Source: Candidatus Latescibacterota bacterium
GTDB lineage: Bacteria; Latescibacterota; UBA2968; UBA8231
NCBI GenBank assembly: GCA_965223905.1
Contig: CBDCXV010000010.1
Coordinates: forward strand, 256,001-320,000
DNA length: 64,000 nt
Reading direction: 5' to 3'
The notes beneath the pieces were generated by a model. It worked only from the letters and a program-made list of their open reading frames with translations, was not told the origin of the DNA and ran no database searches. A program made the translations under genes and the position numbers. Positions 49,318 to 61,187 of the stretch are shown here, one piece after another. Numbering within the stretch: the stretch's first letter is position 1; every line of letters begins with the position of its first letter.

Positions 49318-52300
49318 TCATTTGAGAAAAAGCAGCCGCTGCGTCCGCACCCCGCCGGGGTACTGCAGCCGCGACAGGTAAACTCCCGCCGCCACCGGGG
49401 CGCCTCGCTGGCCGAGGGCGTCCCAGTAGACCCGGTGCCTGCCGGGAGCCTGGACCTCGTCCACCAGCGTGCGCACCCGCTGCCCCAGGGTATTATAGAT
49501 CTCCAGCCGCACCGGACCGGGGGAAAGCAGGAACCAGGAGATAACAGTCTGGCCGTTGAACGGATTGGGCGCGTTCCGCAGCTGAGGGCCGTCGGGCAGC
49601 CCGATCATCTCCCGGGCCAGCGCCAGCAGCTTTCCCCGCGCCGGCTGGCCGAAGTGGTCGGCCAGGAGGAAGAAGTCGCCGAAGTCGACACTGCCGCTGC
49701 CGTCAAGGTCGAAGCGGGAATCGCTGCCGCCGAAGGCATCGGCAAACAGGAAGAAGTCCCCGAAACCGACTGCACCGTCCCCGTCGAAATCCGCTTCCGA
49801 TGGATCCAAATCGACAGGTTGGCAGACCGGCAGGTCTTCGGCCCACTTGCTCAAGGCTCCGGGTACGCAAGTAAACTTGTTGTCACCGAGGAATAAGTGC
49901 CTCAGTTGAGTCAGTTGTCCCAGCTCGGGCGGAATGGGACCCGTCAATTCGTTGTAGGTGAGTTTCAGCGAAGTGAGTTCTGTCAGGTTGCCCAGCTCAG
50001 GAGGAATGGGACCCGTCAATTCGTTGAAGGCGAGGTCCAGCACGGTGAGATTTTTCAACTTGCCCAGCTCCGGGGGTATCGGACCGGTTAATTGGTTGCC
50101 GTAAAGGCCGGAGAGAAAAAGCCCTGTGAGCTCTGTCAGGTTGCCCAGTTCGGGCGGAATGGGACCGGTCAATTCGTTATTGCGGAGATCCAGCACTGTG
50201 AGATTTGCCAGGTTGCCCAGCTCCGGAGGTATCGGACCGGTCAATTGGTTTCCCCAGAGAACCAGCTCAATGAGATTTGTCAGGTTCCCTACTTCGGGCG
50301 GAATGGGACCGGTTAATCGGTTTTCGCCGAGATCCAGGTCTGTGAGATTTTTCAGATTGCCCAACTCCGGGGGAATAGAACCCGTCAACCAGTTGACGAA
50401 GAGCTCCAACACCCTGAGGTGTGTCAGGTTGCCCAACTCGGGCGGAATCGAGCCATTGAATCTTTGGTGGACGAGATTCAGGCGCTCCAGTTCTGTCAAT
50501 CGGCTCAACGACGGCGAGATCGGTCCCCCGACTTCAGGCAGTTCAAAACTAATGTCCACCTCTTTGACGCGGGAATCCTGAATAACGACACTTCCCCAGT
50601 AGGTGAGGGGCCTGAATGCATTCCAGTTCAAGTCTCCGAAGTCCAGGTTGTCGCGGAATTCAAGAAGGGCTTGGCAGTCTTCCACCAGGCCTCGGTTGAT
50701 CAGCGGATCCGGCACGGCGATGCCGTTGGAACACGGGTCGGGGTTGGGCACGCCCAGCCGTTGGCTGGCCACCATCCGCACCCCGCCTTCCAGAACCAAC
50801 TCCAGGACATGCCGCAACCCGCGGTCGAGGGAAATTCCCTCCCAACGGCCCACCACCTCTCCGGTTGCGGTCAGTGCGCGGGCATGATAGAGGCCGCTGG
50901 CGTCGTCTTCATCCGGGTTGGGGATTGTCAGGGCCAGCCGGCCGGTGTCGTTGGTGACGGCGCTCCAGGCGAAATGGGGCGCCTGGCCGGAGATGGATCG
51001 GGCAAATTCGACGGTCAACCCCTCGGCCGCGTCCCCCAGTACGGTTGCCACTACCTCCGTGCGGGTTCGTTCCGTATCGGGTGGGGTATCCGGAAGCGGG
51101 ACGTCCAAGGCGATCCCCACCGGGCGAACCAGTCCGGTGACCACCTCTTCCACGTTTCCGCCGTCCAGGTCGGCCCGGTGAATGCTGCCGCCCTGCTTGT
51201 CCGTCCAATACAGCTTGCCTTCGACTACGTCCAGGGCGATCTCCTCAGGCCGCTCCAGACCGGTGATGAGGACCTCGGTGTTTGAGCCGTCGAGGTCGAA
51301 CCGCAGTATTCTACCACGCCACCACTCCGGAGAAAATCTGGCCTCAATCCAGTACATTTGGCCCGCGGCCAGGTCCAGGGCGATGTCCTCCGGATCACCC
51401 AATCCCGCCACGAGGGTTTCGACATCTGAACCGTCGAGGTTCGACCGCTTAATAACCCCGCCGTCAGAGAAACGGGAATCCCCCCGGGCAGTCCAGTACA
51501 TCCTTCCCCCGGTGACATCCAGGGCGATACCCATCGGACCTTCTGCTTCCACGAGGGTTTCGCCGTTGGAACCATCGAGGTCGGCACGCCGGATCGCCCC
51601 TGTGCCCTGCTCCGCCCAGTACATCTTTCCCGCAACCAGGTCCAAGGCGATGTCCTCCGGAGTCACTACTTCCGTTACCAAGTCTTCAACCTGGGCTCCG
51701 TCCAGGCCGGATCGGCGAATGGTGTTGGTTCACTTGTCCGCCCAGTACATCCTGTCCCCGGCGAGGTCCAAGGCAATGCTCGTCGGACCCTGTATTCCCA
51801 TGGAGATCGGTTCCGATTGATTTGTTGCCCGTGGCCTCCAGTAATCGTCGGTCCGGTAAATCCTGTTGGTGTCTGTCCAGAATAGTCCTCCGTCGATCTC
51901 AAGGTCTCCTGGCCCATTTATTGTCTCGGAAATGGTATAGGATTCGGCGGTGTAGGATCCGGATTCGTCCCGGATGAAGCGAGATCCGCGAATGGCTCCA
52001 ATCTCCGAATCACCATTCCACTCAATCCATAGCAAATCGCCAGGGAAATCGCCATGGGGGGCGATGGTGATGACATTCTCCGCCCCCGTGACGATGGTTT
52101 CGACATTGGAACCGCCCAGGTCGGCCCACTGAATGGTTCCCGTGTCCCTGTCCGCCCAGAACATGGTGTATCCGTAGGAGACGAAGAGGCCTGCCGGGCT
52201 ACCAATGCCCGTGACAAGGGTTTCGACATTGGTGCCATCCAGGTCGGCCTGCTGAATGGTACCTGCCCGCCGGTCCGTCCAGTACATCCTGGTCGGTGCG

Positions 52301-52833
52301 CATGGACAGGAATCGATGAAATCCAGGTACATGGCCAGAGCGATATCCGCTGGAGCTTCAAGTCCGGTGATCAGGGTTTCGACGTTGTCGCCATCCAGAC
52401 CCGCACGCTGAATGGTTCCCCCCTGCAAGTCTGTCCAGTACAGTTTGTGCTCAAAAAGGTCCAGGGCGAGGTCGAATGGATCCTGCAGTCCCGTGATCAG
52501 GGTTTCGACACCAGATCCATCCAGGTTCGCTCGCCGGATGGCCCCCCCTCCCCGACCGGCTTCGACGCCCACCTCCGTCCAGTAGATTTGGCCCAGGACC
52601 GGGTCCAATGCGATTCGATTCGGCTTCACCTCAAGTTCCGTCGTGAGAAGGCTTTCGATGTTCGAACCGCCAAGGTCGGACCGCTGTATCCACCCGAGAT
52701 CCCTCCCTTCCGTCCAGTATATCCAGCCCCCGTTGGCCTGCTGACCGTGACTGACTCCCGGACCGCTATGGACCAACAATACTGCTGCAAAAATTGCTAC
52801 TGCGATTTTTTGGTGTGCGATCCGGTCTTTCAT
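49318..52833 (-). CDS. large secreted protein: YWTD/LDLR-B propellers + LRR + EF-hand/dockerin-like + FlgD-Ig-type CTD (frameshift near 51730)
   Basis: Signal peptide; many ALD....YWTD....I.RA.LDG repeats; 24-aa LTGPIPPELGNL repeats; DFDGDG.V.FGDF twice; NAPNPFN...RLLFLK. Confidence 0.88.
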
Positions 52834-52948
52834 CAGGCTGCTTCCGTAGTTGGTAGATCCGATTCCGTGCCCGGTTCTCCAGAAAGAGCTACAGGTTAGC
52901 GTACCCGTTCAAGGTTGGAGGATCAATTGATTCAGCACCGGCGAGGTA

Positions 52949-52978
52949 TTTGAGCAACACCAGCCGCTGAGTCCGCAC
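52949..52978 (-). pseudogene. remnant of a FlgD-type CTD tail
   Basis: Translates VRTQRLVLLK, matching VRTQRLLYLK/VRTQRLLFLK in the neighbouring genes. Confidence 0.5.
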
Positions 52979-52994
52979 CTGGGGATGCCCGCCG

Positions 52995-53357
52995 CTATTT
53001 TAAGTTCGATATCTGAAAGCGATGGCCTTCGGGGTCCCAACCATCGCACACCACCAGGTCGTCGAAGGTCTCGACCTCTTGCATCGGGGCCCCGCGGCGT
53101 ACGAGCTCTTCCCGCATCGCCGCTACGTCTTCGGCGTAGAACACGAGCTTGTGTGGATTCCCCGGACCACCGGTCGGGGTGTCGATCGGACCCTCGGGTC
53201 CGTACGCCTTGTGGAACCCCAGGCCGCAGCCGCCCGCGTCGAGCTCGAGCCATACGCCGGGGGAATACTCGCTCTGGATCGGCTCGAGATCGAAGAGGTC
53301 TCGAAAAAACCCGGCGCACTTCTCGACATCGCCGACGAAAATGATGACTCGCTTCAT
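52995..53357 (-). CDS. VOC family protein
   Basis: VIIFVGDV....FFRD.F, WLELDAG, KLVF, DPEGHRFQIS. Confidence 0.85.
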   Translation of the reverse strand: MKRVIIFVGDVEKCAGFFRDLFDLEPIQSEYSPGVWLELDAGGCGLGFHKAYGPEGPIDTPTGGPGNPHKLVFYAEDVAAMREELVRRGAPMQEVETFDDLVVCDGWDPEGHRFQISNLK

Positions 53358-53443
53358 CGGGGCGAGCATGATCGATGTCTCCTCATCTGACAGGTGTTTG
53401 GTCAGAACGGCCGCAAATCCGATGTGCATCTCTCATGGGGAAG

Positions 53444-54241
53444 CTACGCCACCTGGAAGACGGCCTGGATTTCAGGGCGACCGTAGATCGCTCCGCCGGT
53501 ACGAACCGACAGGTTCGGCAGGACCCGGCAGGTTCCCGATCCATGAGTATGACCGCACAGAACCGTCAGCTTGCGGTTGGGGTTATCGCGCATCGAGGAC
53601 TTCAGCACCTCGCCAACCACACCACAGCAGAAGAAGGGCAGCCACTCCTCCCCGGAGAGCCTGCCTTCGTGCCATGTGGCCTCGCGGAAGGGGGGGACGT
53701 GGGTAAGCAGGATCACCTCCTCGTGCGCGCAAAGAGCTTCCGGCAGTGTTCGACGAAGATGCTCCGCTGCCTCATCTGCCAGGCCCTGAATCTTCTTTAG
53801 TCGGTCCGACTTTGTGCAGCCCGTAAGCTCTTCGATCAAGCGGAAGTCGTTGAGCTCGACGGAGCTCCCATAAAAGTCCCCGAGCCGTCCATCGGCCCAC
53901 GAATCGTGACCGATGAGGGCAGTTCGGGGAGTCAACGAAACAGGGTGCTCCCTGTTCAGCCAGAACAGGTACGGAGAATCACGGGTCAACGACTCGACCT
54001 CGCATCGGACGGAAGCGATCGAGCCGCCGTAGAAATCGTGATTGCCGAGCACGAAGTAAACGGGTCGCGCGAGCAGGCGCTCCATCTGTCTGAGGAAGGT
54101 GATCACCGAATCCGCCTCTCCGATATCCCCTCCGAGCAGGACGATGTCGGGGGAGGCATCGAGGACCCTGCTCAGGAACCGGGTGCTCAGGTGCCGGTCG
54201 AGGAAGTTGAGATGGATGTCAGTGAGCCAGGCTGCTCGCAT
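53444..54241 (-). CDS. metallophosphoesterase
   Basis: TDIH, GGDI, GNHD, THVPP, CGHTH. Confidence 0.92.
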   Translation of the reverse strand: MRAAWLTDIHLNFLDRHLSTRFLSRVLDASPDIVLLGGDIGEADSVITFLRQMERLLARPVYFVLGNHDFYGGSIASVRCEVESLTRDSPYLFWLNREHPVSLTPRTALIGHDSWADGRLGDFYGSSVELNDFRLIEELTGCTKSDRLKKIQGLADEAAEHLRRTLPEALCAHEEVILLTHVPPFREATWHEGRLSGEEWLPFFCCGVVGEVLKSSMRDNPNRKLTVLCGHTHGSGTCRVLPNLSVRTGGAIYGRPEIQAVFQVA

Positions 54242-54478
54242 CTCGCTGCGCCAGTGCGGGGTCGCAATCGAACCAGCAGGTCTCCGCTATCGTACGGGAA
54301 TCGATCAGCAAAAGATTCCTTTCATGGGTGTATCCTCTGACCCTTTTGAGTTATTTGGAGGTATGGTCACTCCCGAGGTAACGCTCTCTTTATTCCTCTT
54401 GGCGGCCGTGACGACGCCGCGAACTTTTGCCTTAACTTACGGCTATCCGGCAATGGAAATGCGACAGGAGATTTTCCG

Positions 54479-54671
54479 ATGAGACTGGCAGTGGCATTCT
54501 GGAACGGGATCGACCCGGCGCAAGTGGACCGCACTCTCGAGCGCCTTGAGGGGATCGGGGTCGGGGGGATCGGCCATACGGGTCGACTGGGACGCCCGCG
54601 ATCAGCGCGGCGCGACCGTGGCCGCAGGGATATATCTGGCGCGCCTGCGCTATCCGGGGGGCGTGCAGACG
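54479..54671 (+). pseudogene. chimeric remnant: unrelated N-terminus joined to a FlgD-type CTD fragment
   Basis: MRLAVAFWNG... then IRVDWDARDQRGATVAAGIYLARLRYPGGVQT (54576-54671). Confidence 0.6.
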
Positions 54672-54794
54672 CCGCCCGGGGACCGGCCTCCCGGTTTCGT
54701 TGACGGAAGCAGGGGTGGCTCCGAGATTCCAGAAGCACGCGACGAAGAAAAAAACCGGCTACCCGGAATAGGCCACAGCGGCCTGGAGACCGTG

Positions 54795-55520
54795 ATGACC
54801 GTCATCCATACAACCGATGACCTGATTCGCCTGCTGGAAGAAAACGACGAGTTCCGCCAGGCCGTCCGCCGCCATGTACTGTCGGACGAGCTGGTTCAGC
54901 TCCCCGAACGGCTTGCCAGGTTCGCCACGCGCATGGAGACCTTTGTCGACGAGCAGAAGCAGTTCAACAAGGAGCAGCGGCAGTTCAACAAGGAGATACG
55001 GGAGTTCAAAGAGGATCAGCTGCAGTTCAATCAGGAGCAGCGCCAGTTCAACGAGGAGCAGCGGCAGTCAAATCAGCGAATGGAGACCGCCATAGGCGAG
55101 CTTCGCGGCAACGTTGCCCGGCAGGTGGTCGGCGCGCATTCCAAGGAAATCGCCGAGGGTATGGGCTTTCAGGTGAAGCGGCTCCTGGCGAGACCGGATC
55201 TCTTCCGACTGCTCGTCCGGAACGATCCCGGCGACCTGACGCGCGGCGAACGGCAAAGCTTCTTTCGCGCGGACCTGGTCCTGGAAGTCACGGATCCTGA
55301 CGGGTCTCTTCATTACATCGCCATCGAGGCATCCTACACCGCGGACAAACGCGATACCGACCGCGCCCTGCGCAACGCCGAGCTGATGGAAACGTTCACC
55401 GGGCACCGGGCCCACGCCCTCATCGCCAGCGTGCGGAACGTCCGCGAAATTCAGGGACTGATCGACGCCGGCACGGTGTCCTGGTACGCCCTCGAGACCG
55501 ACGACTTCACGCCGGATTAG
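54795..55520 (+). CDS. coiled-coil protein with PD-(D/E)XK-like C-terminal domain
   Basis: EQ.QFN heptads; ADLVLE...YIAIEASYT...D..RA.RNA. Confidence 0.75.
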   Translation: MTVIHTTDDLIRLLEENDEFRQAVRRHVLSDELVQLPERLARFATRMETFVDEQKQFNKEQRQFNKEIREFKEDQLQFNQEQRQFNEEQRQSNQRMETAIGELRGNVARQVVGAHSKEIAEGMGFQVKRLLARPDLFRLLVRNDPGDLTRGERQSFFRADLVLEVTDPDGSLHYIAIEASYTADKRDTDRALRNAELMETFTGHRAHALIASVRNVREIQGLIDAGTVSWYALETDDFTPD

Positions 55521-55786
55521 CGCCGTTACCGAAGCTCGGGCATGGCGGGGTAGAACCGATCCGATCTTCCGGGTCCATCGAGGCGCGGCGGCTCCTGCCC
55601 TGACGGACAGGCCGCCCACGCATTGCAGCTACCCCACTACCCGGTCCGCGTGATCGCCCGCCGGTCTTGAGGCCGCGCGATTGCGCGGGCAGTTCCCCGG
55701 CGCGGACCCGGTGTCCCTGCCGGCTCTTCAGCGACCGACCAGGGCACGCGCCTGGCGTCGGGAACCCCTCCTGCCACGGGCCGCTC

Positions 55787-56921
55787 TCACTGCCAGAGCG
55801 GCTCGCCGTCGTCGAACTGGCTCTGCAGGAAGTCCTCGTTGAGCTCCACCCCGAGCCCCGGCTTCTCCGACAGCACCACGTGCCCCTGCTGTATCGCCGG
55901 CTCGTCCGAGAGGATGACGTCGTTCCAGGTCGGGTCGTCGTAGCGGTGGAACTCCAGCGCCAGGAAGTTCGGCACGCTGGCGCAGACGTGGGCGTCGGCG
56001 ACGGTGCTCAGGGCGCTCGAGTTGTTGTGCGGCGCGAAGGGGATGTAGTAGATCTCCGCCATGTTGGCGATCTTGCGGCACTCGGACAAGCCCCCGCACT
56101 TGGAGATGTCCGGCATGATGACGTCGACCGCCTGGCGCTCGAGCATCTCGCGGAAGCCGTAGCGCAGGTAGGCGTTCTCGCCGGCGCAGATCGGCGTGCT
56201 CGTCGACTCGGTGACGCGCTTGAGGGCGTCGATATTCTCCGGCGGCACCGGCTCCTCCAGCCACATCAGGTTCAGGTCTTCCATCTCCTGCGCCACCTTC
56301 GTGCCCGCGGTGGCGTCGTAGCGGCCGTGCAGGTCGATGGCGAGATCGATCTCCGGGCCGACGGCCTCGCGGATCTCGTGGGCCTGGTCGACCATGATGC
56401 CGAGCTCTCCCGGGGTCACCGACCAGTTCCAGGGGTCGAGCTTGTGGGGGTTGGCGGCGTCGTCGAGGTCGAACTTGATCGCCGTGAAGCCGTCGCCGCG
56501 CACCGCCGCCGCCCGCTCCTCGTAGTCGAAGTGGGCGCTGTCGACGTAGAGCCGCACCCGGTCTCGGAACCTGCCGCCGAGCAGGCGGTAGACCGGCACT
56601 TCCTTGGGCCTTGCCGGCCAGGTCCCACAGCGCGATCTCCAGCCCGGTCAGGGCGGAGATCCCCAGGCCGGAGAATCCCCCCCGGAAGATGTAGCTGCGC
56701 CGTATCCCCTCGAAGCAGGCGTCGACGTCGCGCGGGTCCTGGCCCATCAGCTGCTGCGCCATGGTCCGGGTCGAGCCGCGCCAGCCGCCGTCGACGTGGC
56801 TGGCCTCCCCGGTGCCGTAGATCCCGGCGTCGGAGTGAACGCGCACGTAGTGGTAGGTGTAGCGCGGGGCGCCGCCGACCTTGACGGTCACCTCCGCAGT
56901 CCTGATCTCGGTGATTTTCAT
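55787..56921 (-). CDS. mandelate racemase/muconate lactonizing enzyme family protein (frameshift near 56602)
   Basis: G.GE, ALTGLEIALWDLAGKA, PVYRLLGG, IKFD, IDLHG, WLEEP, AGEN, PD..KCGG, APH. Confidence 0.92.
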
Positions 56922-56958
56922 CTTGACCCTCTCCTTTCGAGCATGGGAATCCCATATA

Positions 56959-58423
56959 ATGACGCCCATGGTAACGACTGCATTCAACCGCTCCCGGCCT
57001 GACTGCATCGACATCGGCACCCAAAAGCAGCTCTTCTGCGACGAGCTGATCATCGAGGAGATGCGCGGCCTCGAGCGCACCCTGAACCAGCCGGTCCGCT
57101 ACGCCGGCAACCCGCTGATGTTCCCCATCCATCCCTGGGAGGGCCGCCTCGAGCTCTACGGCACGGTGCTGCGCGACGCGGACGGCTCCTTCCGCATGTG
57201 GTACACCGGGCTCGGCGGCATGGGGGTCGCCGGCATGGGAGCGACCCCGGGCAAGTGGGCGCATCTCGGTTTCGACCCGGCGAACCTCCTCTACAGCTAC
57301 TGCTACGCCGTCTCGAAGGACGGCATCTTCTGGGAGCGCCCCAACCTCGGACTGGTGGAGTACGGCGGCTCGAAGGAGAACAACCTCCTCATGCTCGACG
57401 CGGCCGGGGGCAACGTCTGCCGCGACGACCGCCTTCCCCGACCCGGAGCGCCGCTACAAGGCCCTCTTCTACGAGGCGCGCGATCCGGGCGGCACGCCGA
57501 ACGAAGGGGACGGGGTCTCCGTCGCCTTCTCCCCCGACGGCCTGAGCTGGACGAAATACCAGGGCAACCCGGTGATCCGCAGGGCGAGCGACTCCCACAG
57601 GCTGCTGGGGTGGGACGACCGCCACCGGGCCTGGGTCGCCTACTGCCGCCCCACGGTGCACGAGGGCAACCCGGTGCGCCGCATCGGACGCTGCACCAGC
57701 GACGACTTCATCCACTGGAACGACCCCGAGGAGGTGCTGGTCCCCGACGAACGGGACCCCCCCGGGACGCAGTTCTACTGCATGGCGGTGTTCCGCTGCG
57801 CCGGTCTCTACATCGGCCAGCTGCACGTCTACCACACCAACCCGGAGGAGCCCCACATCCGCTTCTACGGGACCATCGACATCCAGCTCGCGGTCAGCCG
57901 CGACGGCATCCGCTGGGAGCGGGTGTGCGATCGGGCCGGGTTCATGGAGAACGGGCCTGCCGGCAGCGACGACGCCGGTGAAATCTACATGGCGAACGCC
58001 CCTGTCGAGGTGGGGGACGAGCTCTGGTTCTACTACTCCCCCTGCGGCGTCGAGCACGGGCCAACCGGCCGCAGCGGGCCGATCAACCTCGCCAAGCTGC
58101 GGCTCGACGGCTTCGTATCGGTCGACGCCGGAGCGGAAACGGGCACCCTGGTCACCAGGCCGTTCCGCTGCGAAGGGGGCTCCCTGAGGATCAACGCCGC
58201 GGCGCGAGGGGGCGAGGTGTCGGTCGCGGTCCTAGACGGGGACGGGGTGCAGCAGGACCGGTTCGGCAAGTCGGACAGCGCCCTGTTCGACGGCGACTCG
58301 GTGGGCCACGAGACGACCTGGAGGCGCGCCTGCTTCGACGACCTCAGGGGCCGGGTGATCCGCCTCAAGTTCTACCTGCGCAACGCCCGCCTCTACTCCT
58401 TCCAACAGGGACCCGGCCAATGA
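56959..58423 (+). CDS. beta-propeller glycoside-hydrolase-like protein (frameshift near 57432)
   Basis: QLFCD, FRMWY, Asp-box-like S.DG..W repeats, ELWFYY, LRLDGFVS, LKFYLRNARLYSF. Confidence 0.75.
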
Positions 58424-59226
58424 ACGCGACCGAGTTTCAGGTGCAGTCCGGCGGCACCGAGCTGAAATGCACTCTCGCCGTTCCCGAGGACGGGCTCGCC
58501 GGGGAGCACTCGGCGCTGCTGCTCAACATCAGCGCCACCGCCGACCTCGCCCTCCGCGACGAAACCCAGAACCACCCGGTGCAGCCGTTTCTCGACGCCG
58601 GGCACTTCGTCGCCAGCTTCGACCTGCCCTGCCACGGAGAGCGCGTCAGCGCCGAGCACGGCGAGAACCTCCACGGCATGGGCCGGGCCTTCGTGGCCGG
58701 TGAGGATCCGTTCGCGCAGTTCGTCCGCGACGGCCAGGCGGTGGTGGACGCCTGCCTCGAGCGGGGCGCCGGCAACGCCAGGGTCGTCGGCTACGGGGTC
58801 TCGCGCGCCGGGTACTGCCTGCTGCGTCTGGCCGCGGCCGATCCCCGCCTGCGGGCGGTTGCCGCCCTCTCCCCGGTGACCGACTGGGGCATCCCCGAGG
58901 AGTTCACCGAAACCTGCCCCCGCACCCGCACCTGGCCGCTGCGCATCCACCACTGGGCGGGCGACCTCGCCACAACCGCCGTCTACCTCAGCGTCGGCAG
59001 TCAGGACGACGTCGTCGGCGCCCGGGCCTGCGTCGACTTCGCCATGGAGCTGTTCGAGATCCAGCGCCGCGAGCTGCCGCAGGACACCCTCCTCGGCCAG
59101 CTCCACGTCGTCGACTCCCCGGACCACTCGCCGTCGCGGGAGTCGCGGCTCGACGCCACCCGCTTTCTGCTGGAGTTCTGCGAGAAGGGGCATCCGGCGC
59201 CCCCGAGGCGGGAGACCTCGCCGTGA
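58420..59226 (+). CDS. alpha/beta hydrolase fold protein
   Basis: [28 protein letters not shown]. Confidence 0.8.
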   Translation: MNATEFQVQSGGTELKCTLAVPEDGLAGEHSALLLNISATADLALRDETQNHPVQPFLDAGHFVASFDLPCHGERVSAEHGENLHGMGRAFVAGEDPFAQFVRDGQAVVDACLERGAGNARVVGYGVSRAGYCLLRLAAADPRLRAVAALSPVTDWGIPEEFTETCPRTRTWPLRIHHWAGDLATTAVYLSVGSQDDVVGARACVDFAMELFEIQRRELPQDTLLGQLHVVDSPDHSPSRESRLDATRFLLEFCEKGHPAPPRRETSP

Positions 59227-60227
59227 TCCCGCTGTCGATCCTCGACCTCGCCCCGATCCGCCTGGGGAGCGACGCCGCCGCGGCCTTCCGCACCATGCGC
59301 GCCCAGGCGCGGCACGCCGAGAAGCTCGGGTTCCACCGCTACTGGATCGCCGAGCACCACAACATGGCTGGCATCGGCAGCGCCGCCACCTCGGTCCTGA
59401 TCGCCCACGTCGCCGAGGCGACCGAGCGGATGCGGGTCGGCTCCGGCGGCATCATGCTGCCCAACCACGCCCCCCTGGTGATCGCCGAGCAGTTCGGCAC
59501 CCTCGAGTCCCTCTACCCCGGGCGCATCGACCTCGGCCTCGGCAGGGCCCCGGGCACCGACCTGCTGACCGTGCGCGCCCTGCGGCGGGAACGGATCGGC
59601 AGCGACCAGCAGTTCCCGCGCGACGTCCTCGAGCTGCAGGCCTACTTCCGCGACCCGGAGCCGGACCAGGCGGTGCGCGCGGTGCCGGGCGCCGGGCTGC
59701 GGGTGCCGATCTGGCTGCTCGGGTCGAGCCTGTTCAGCGCCCAGCTCGCCGCCCACCTCGGGCTGCCCTACGCCTTCGCCTCCCACTTCGCCCCCGCCCT
59801 GCTGGCCGACGCCCTGCACGTGTACCGGACTACCTTCCGGCCCTCCGGGCAGTTGGCGCAGCCGTACGCGATGGTCGGAGTCAACGTCGCCGCCGCCGAC
59901 AGCGACGAGGAGGCGCGGCGGCTGTTCACCTCGCAGCAGGTGCAGTCGATCGGCATGATGCGTGGCCGGCGCGACCAGCTCGGCCCTCCGGTCGACGACA
60001 TCGAGACCTGCTGGACCGGCCTGGAGAAGCCCGCGGTCGAGGAGAAGCTGAGCTGCTCCGCCGTCGGTTCTCCGGATGCGGTGGAGGCAGGGATCAACGA
60101 ACTTGTCCAACGGACGGGCGCCGACGAGCTGATCACCACCTGCCGCATCTTCGATCCGGCGGCCTGCCACCGCTCGCTCGAGATCCTGGCCGCGGTGCGA
60201 CCGCGGTCCCTTCCATCAGATGATTGA
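59223..60227 (+). CDS. LLM class flavin-dependent oxidoreductase
   Basis: [44 protein letters not shown]. Confidence 0.95.
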   Translation: MIPLSILDLAPIRLGSDAAAAFRTMRAQARHAEKLGFHRYWIAEHHNMAGIGSAATSVLIAHVAEATERMRVGSGGIMLPNHAPLVIAEQFGTLESLYPGRIDLGLGRAPGTDLLTVRALRRERIGSDQQFPRDVLELQAYFRDPEPDQAVRAVPGAGLRVPIWLLGSSLFSAQLAAHLGLPYAFASHFAPALLADALHVYRTTFRPSGQLAQPYAMVGVNVAAADSDEEARRLFTSQQVQSIGMMRGRRDQLGPPVDDIETCWTGLEKPAVEEKLSCSAVGSPDAVEAGINELVQRTGADELITTCRIFDPAACHRSLEILAAVRPRSLPSDD

Positions 60228-60237
60228 GGAGAAAGTC

Positions 60238-61187
60238 ATGGACGCTTTGAGAATCAGGGAAATGCTGCACGCCGCTCTTTGCCTCCTCCTGCTGGCAGTG
60301 TCGGCCGGCGCCCACGCCGGCGGCCGGGTGTATCCGATCGCCTATCTCACCGACGGGATGCTGGCCGAAATCCAGCTTGACGACGGATCGGTGGACGAGT
60401 GGTACGCGTTGCTGGGGGAGCCGACGATGACGCTGCTCGACTTCGAGGATGAGAGGGGGTCGGAACCTGATCCGTCCGACCTCGACTTCGGCATCTGGCT
60501 GGCCTGGCACGACCAGCCTGCCCGCCTGTACGTGGCCTTTGCGGCCACCGATGATCTGTACAAGAACACCTATGACCCCGGTTCCGGAGAACTTGAAGGT
60601 TCCATGCTTTTCCAGGACAACATCTTCCTGGGAATCGACGCAGACCACAGCGGGGGGGAGGGAGTAGACCACAGCGCGGAAACTTCGGAGTGGCTGGAAG
60701 TTTATGGGCAGACCCAGGCTTATTTCGCCATTGCCTACGCAAGCAGCGGACCGACCCTGGAACACAACGGACTCACAACCCAGACGGGGACCTTCGCCTG
60801 GACGGTTTTCCCCCCTTACGCGGAGGCAGGCGGCGCGGTAGGCGGAGAAAACCCGATCATCAGCGTGATCGAGTTTTACGTCACCCCGTTCGACCGTTTG
60901 GGGGCCTGGGACAACCCCGAGGGAAGCCTGGCCAGCGACCTGGAGGCGGGAAAGTCATCGGCTTTGCCATTGTCGTGAATGACTTGGATTCTCCGGATCG
61001 CGGGGAGAACTGGGCACCCGAAGCCATGTCCGGGGATTTTCCTCCGCTCTTCCAAGTGTTGAACCACCGGGCGGACGGATTCCTCGACGGCATCCTCCTG
61101 TCTTCCGACCCGGCCGGGCTGGAAAACGGCTCTGCCGTGGAATCGGTTTCCTGGGGCCGGATCAAGGCTTCCCTGGAGATGGAGTAG
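60238..61187 (+). CDS. secreted CBM9/DOMON-like protein with C-terminal AVE..SWGRIK motif (frameshift near 60950)
   Basis: Signal peptide; DGSVDEW, WLAWH...RLY, IDADHSGG, IEFYVTPFD, GKVIGF; ends SAVESVSWGRIKASLEME. Confidence 0.8.

Noticed and set aside
49880-50520. 72-bp periodic repeats as a non-coding array
   Set aside because: They encode the 24-aa LRR units of the secreted protein
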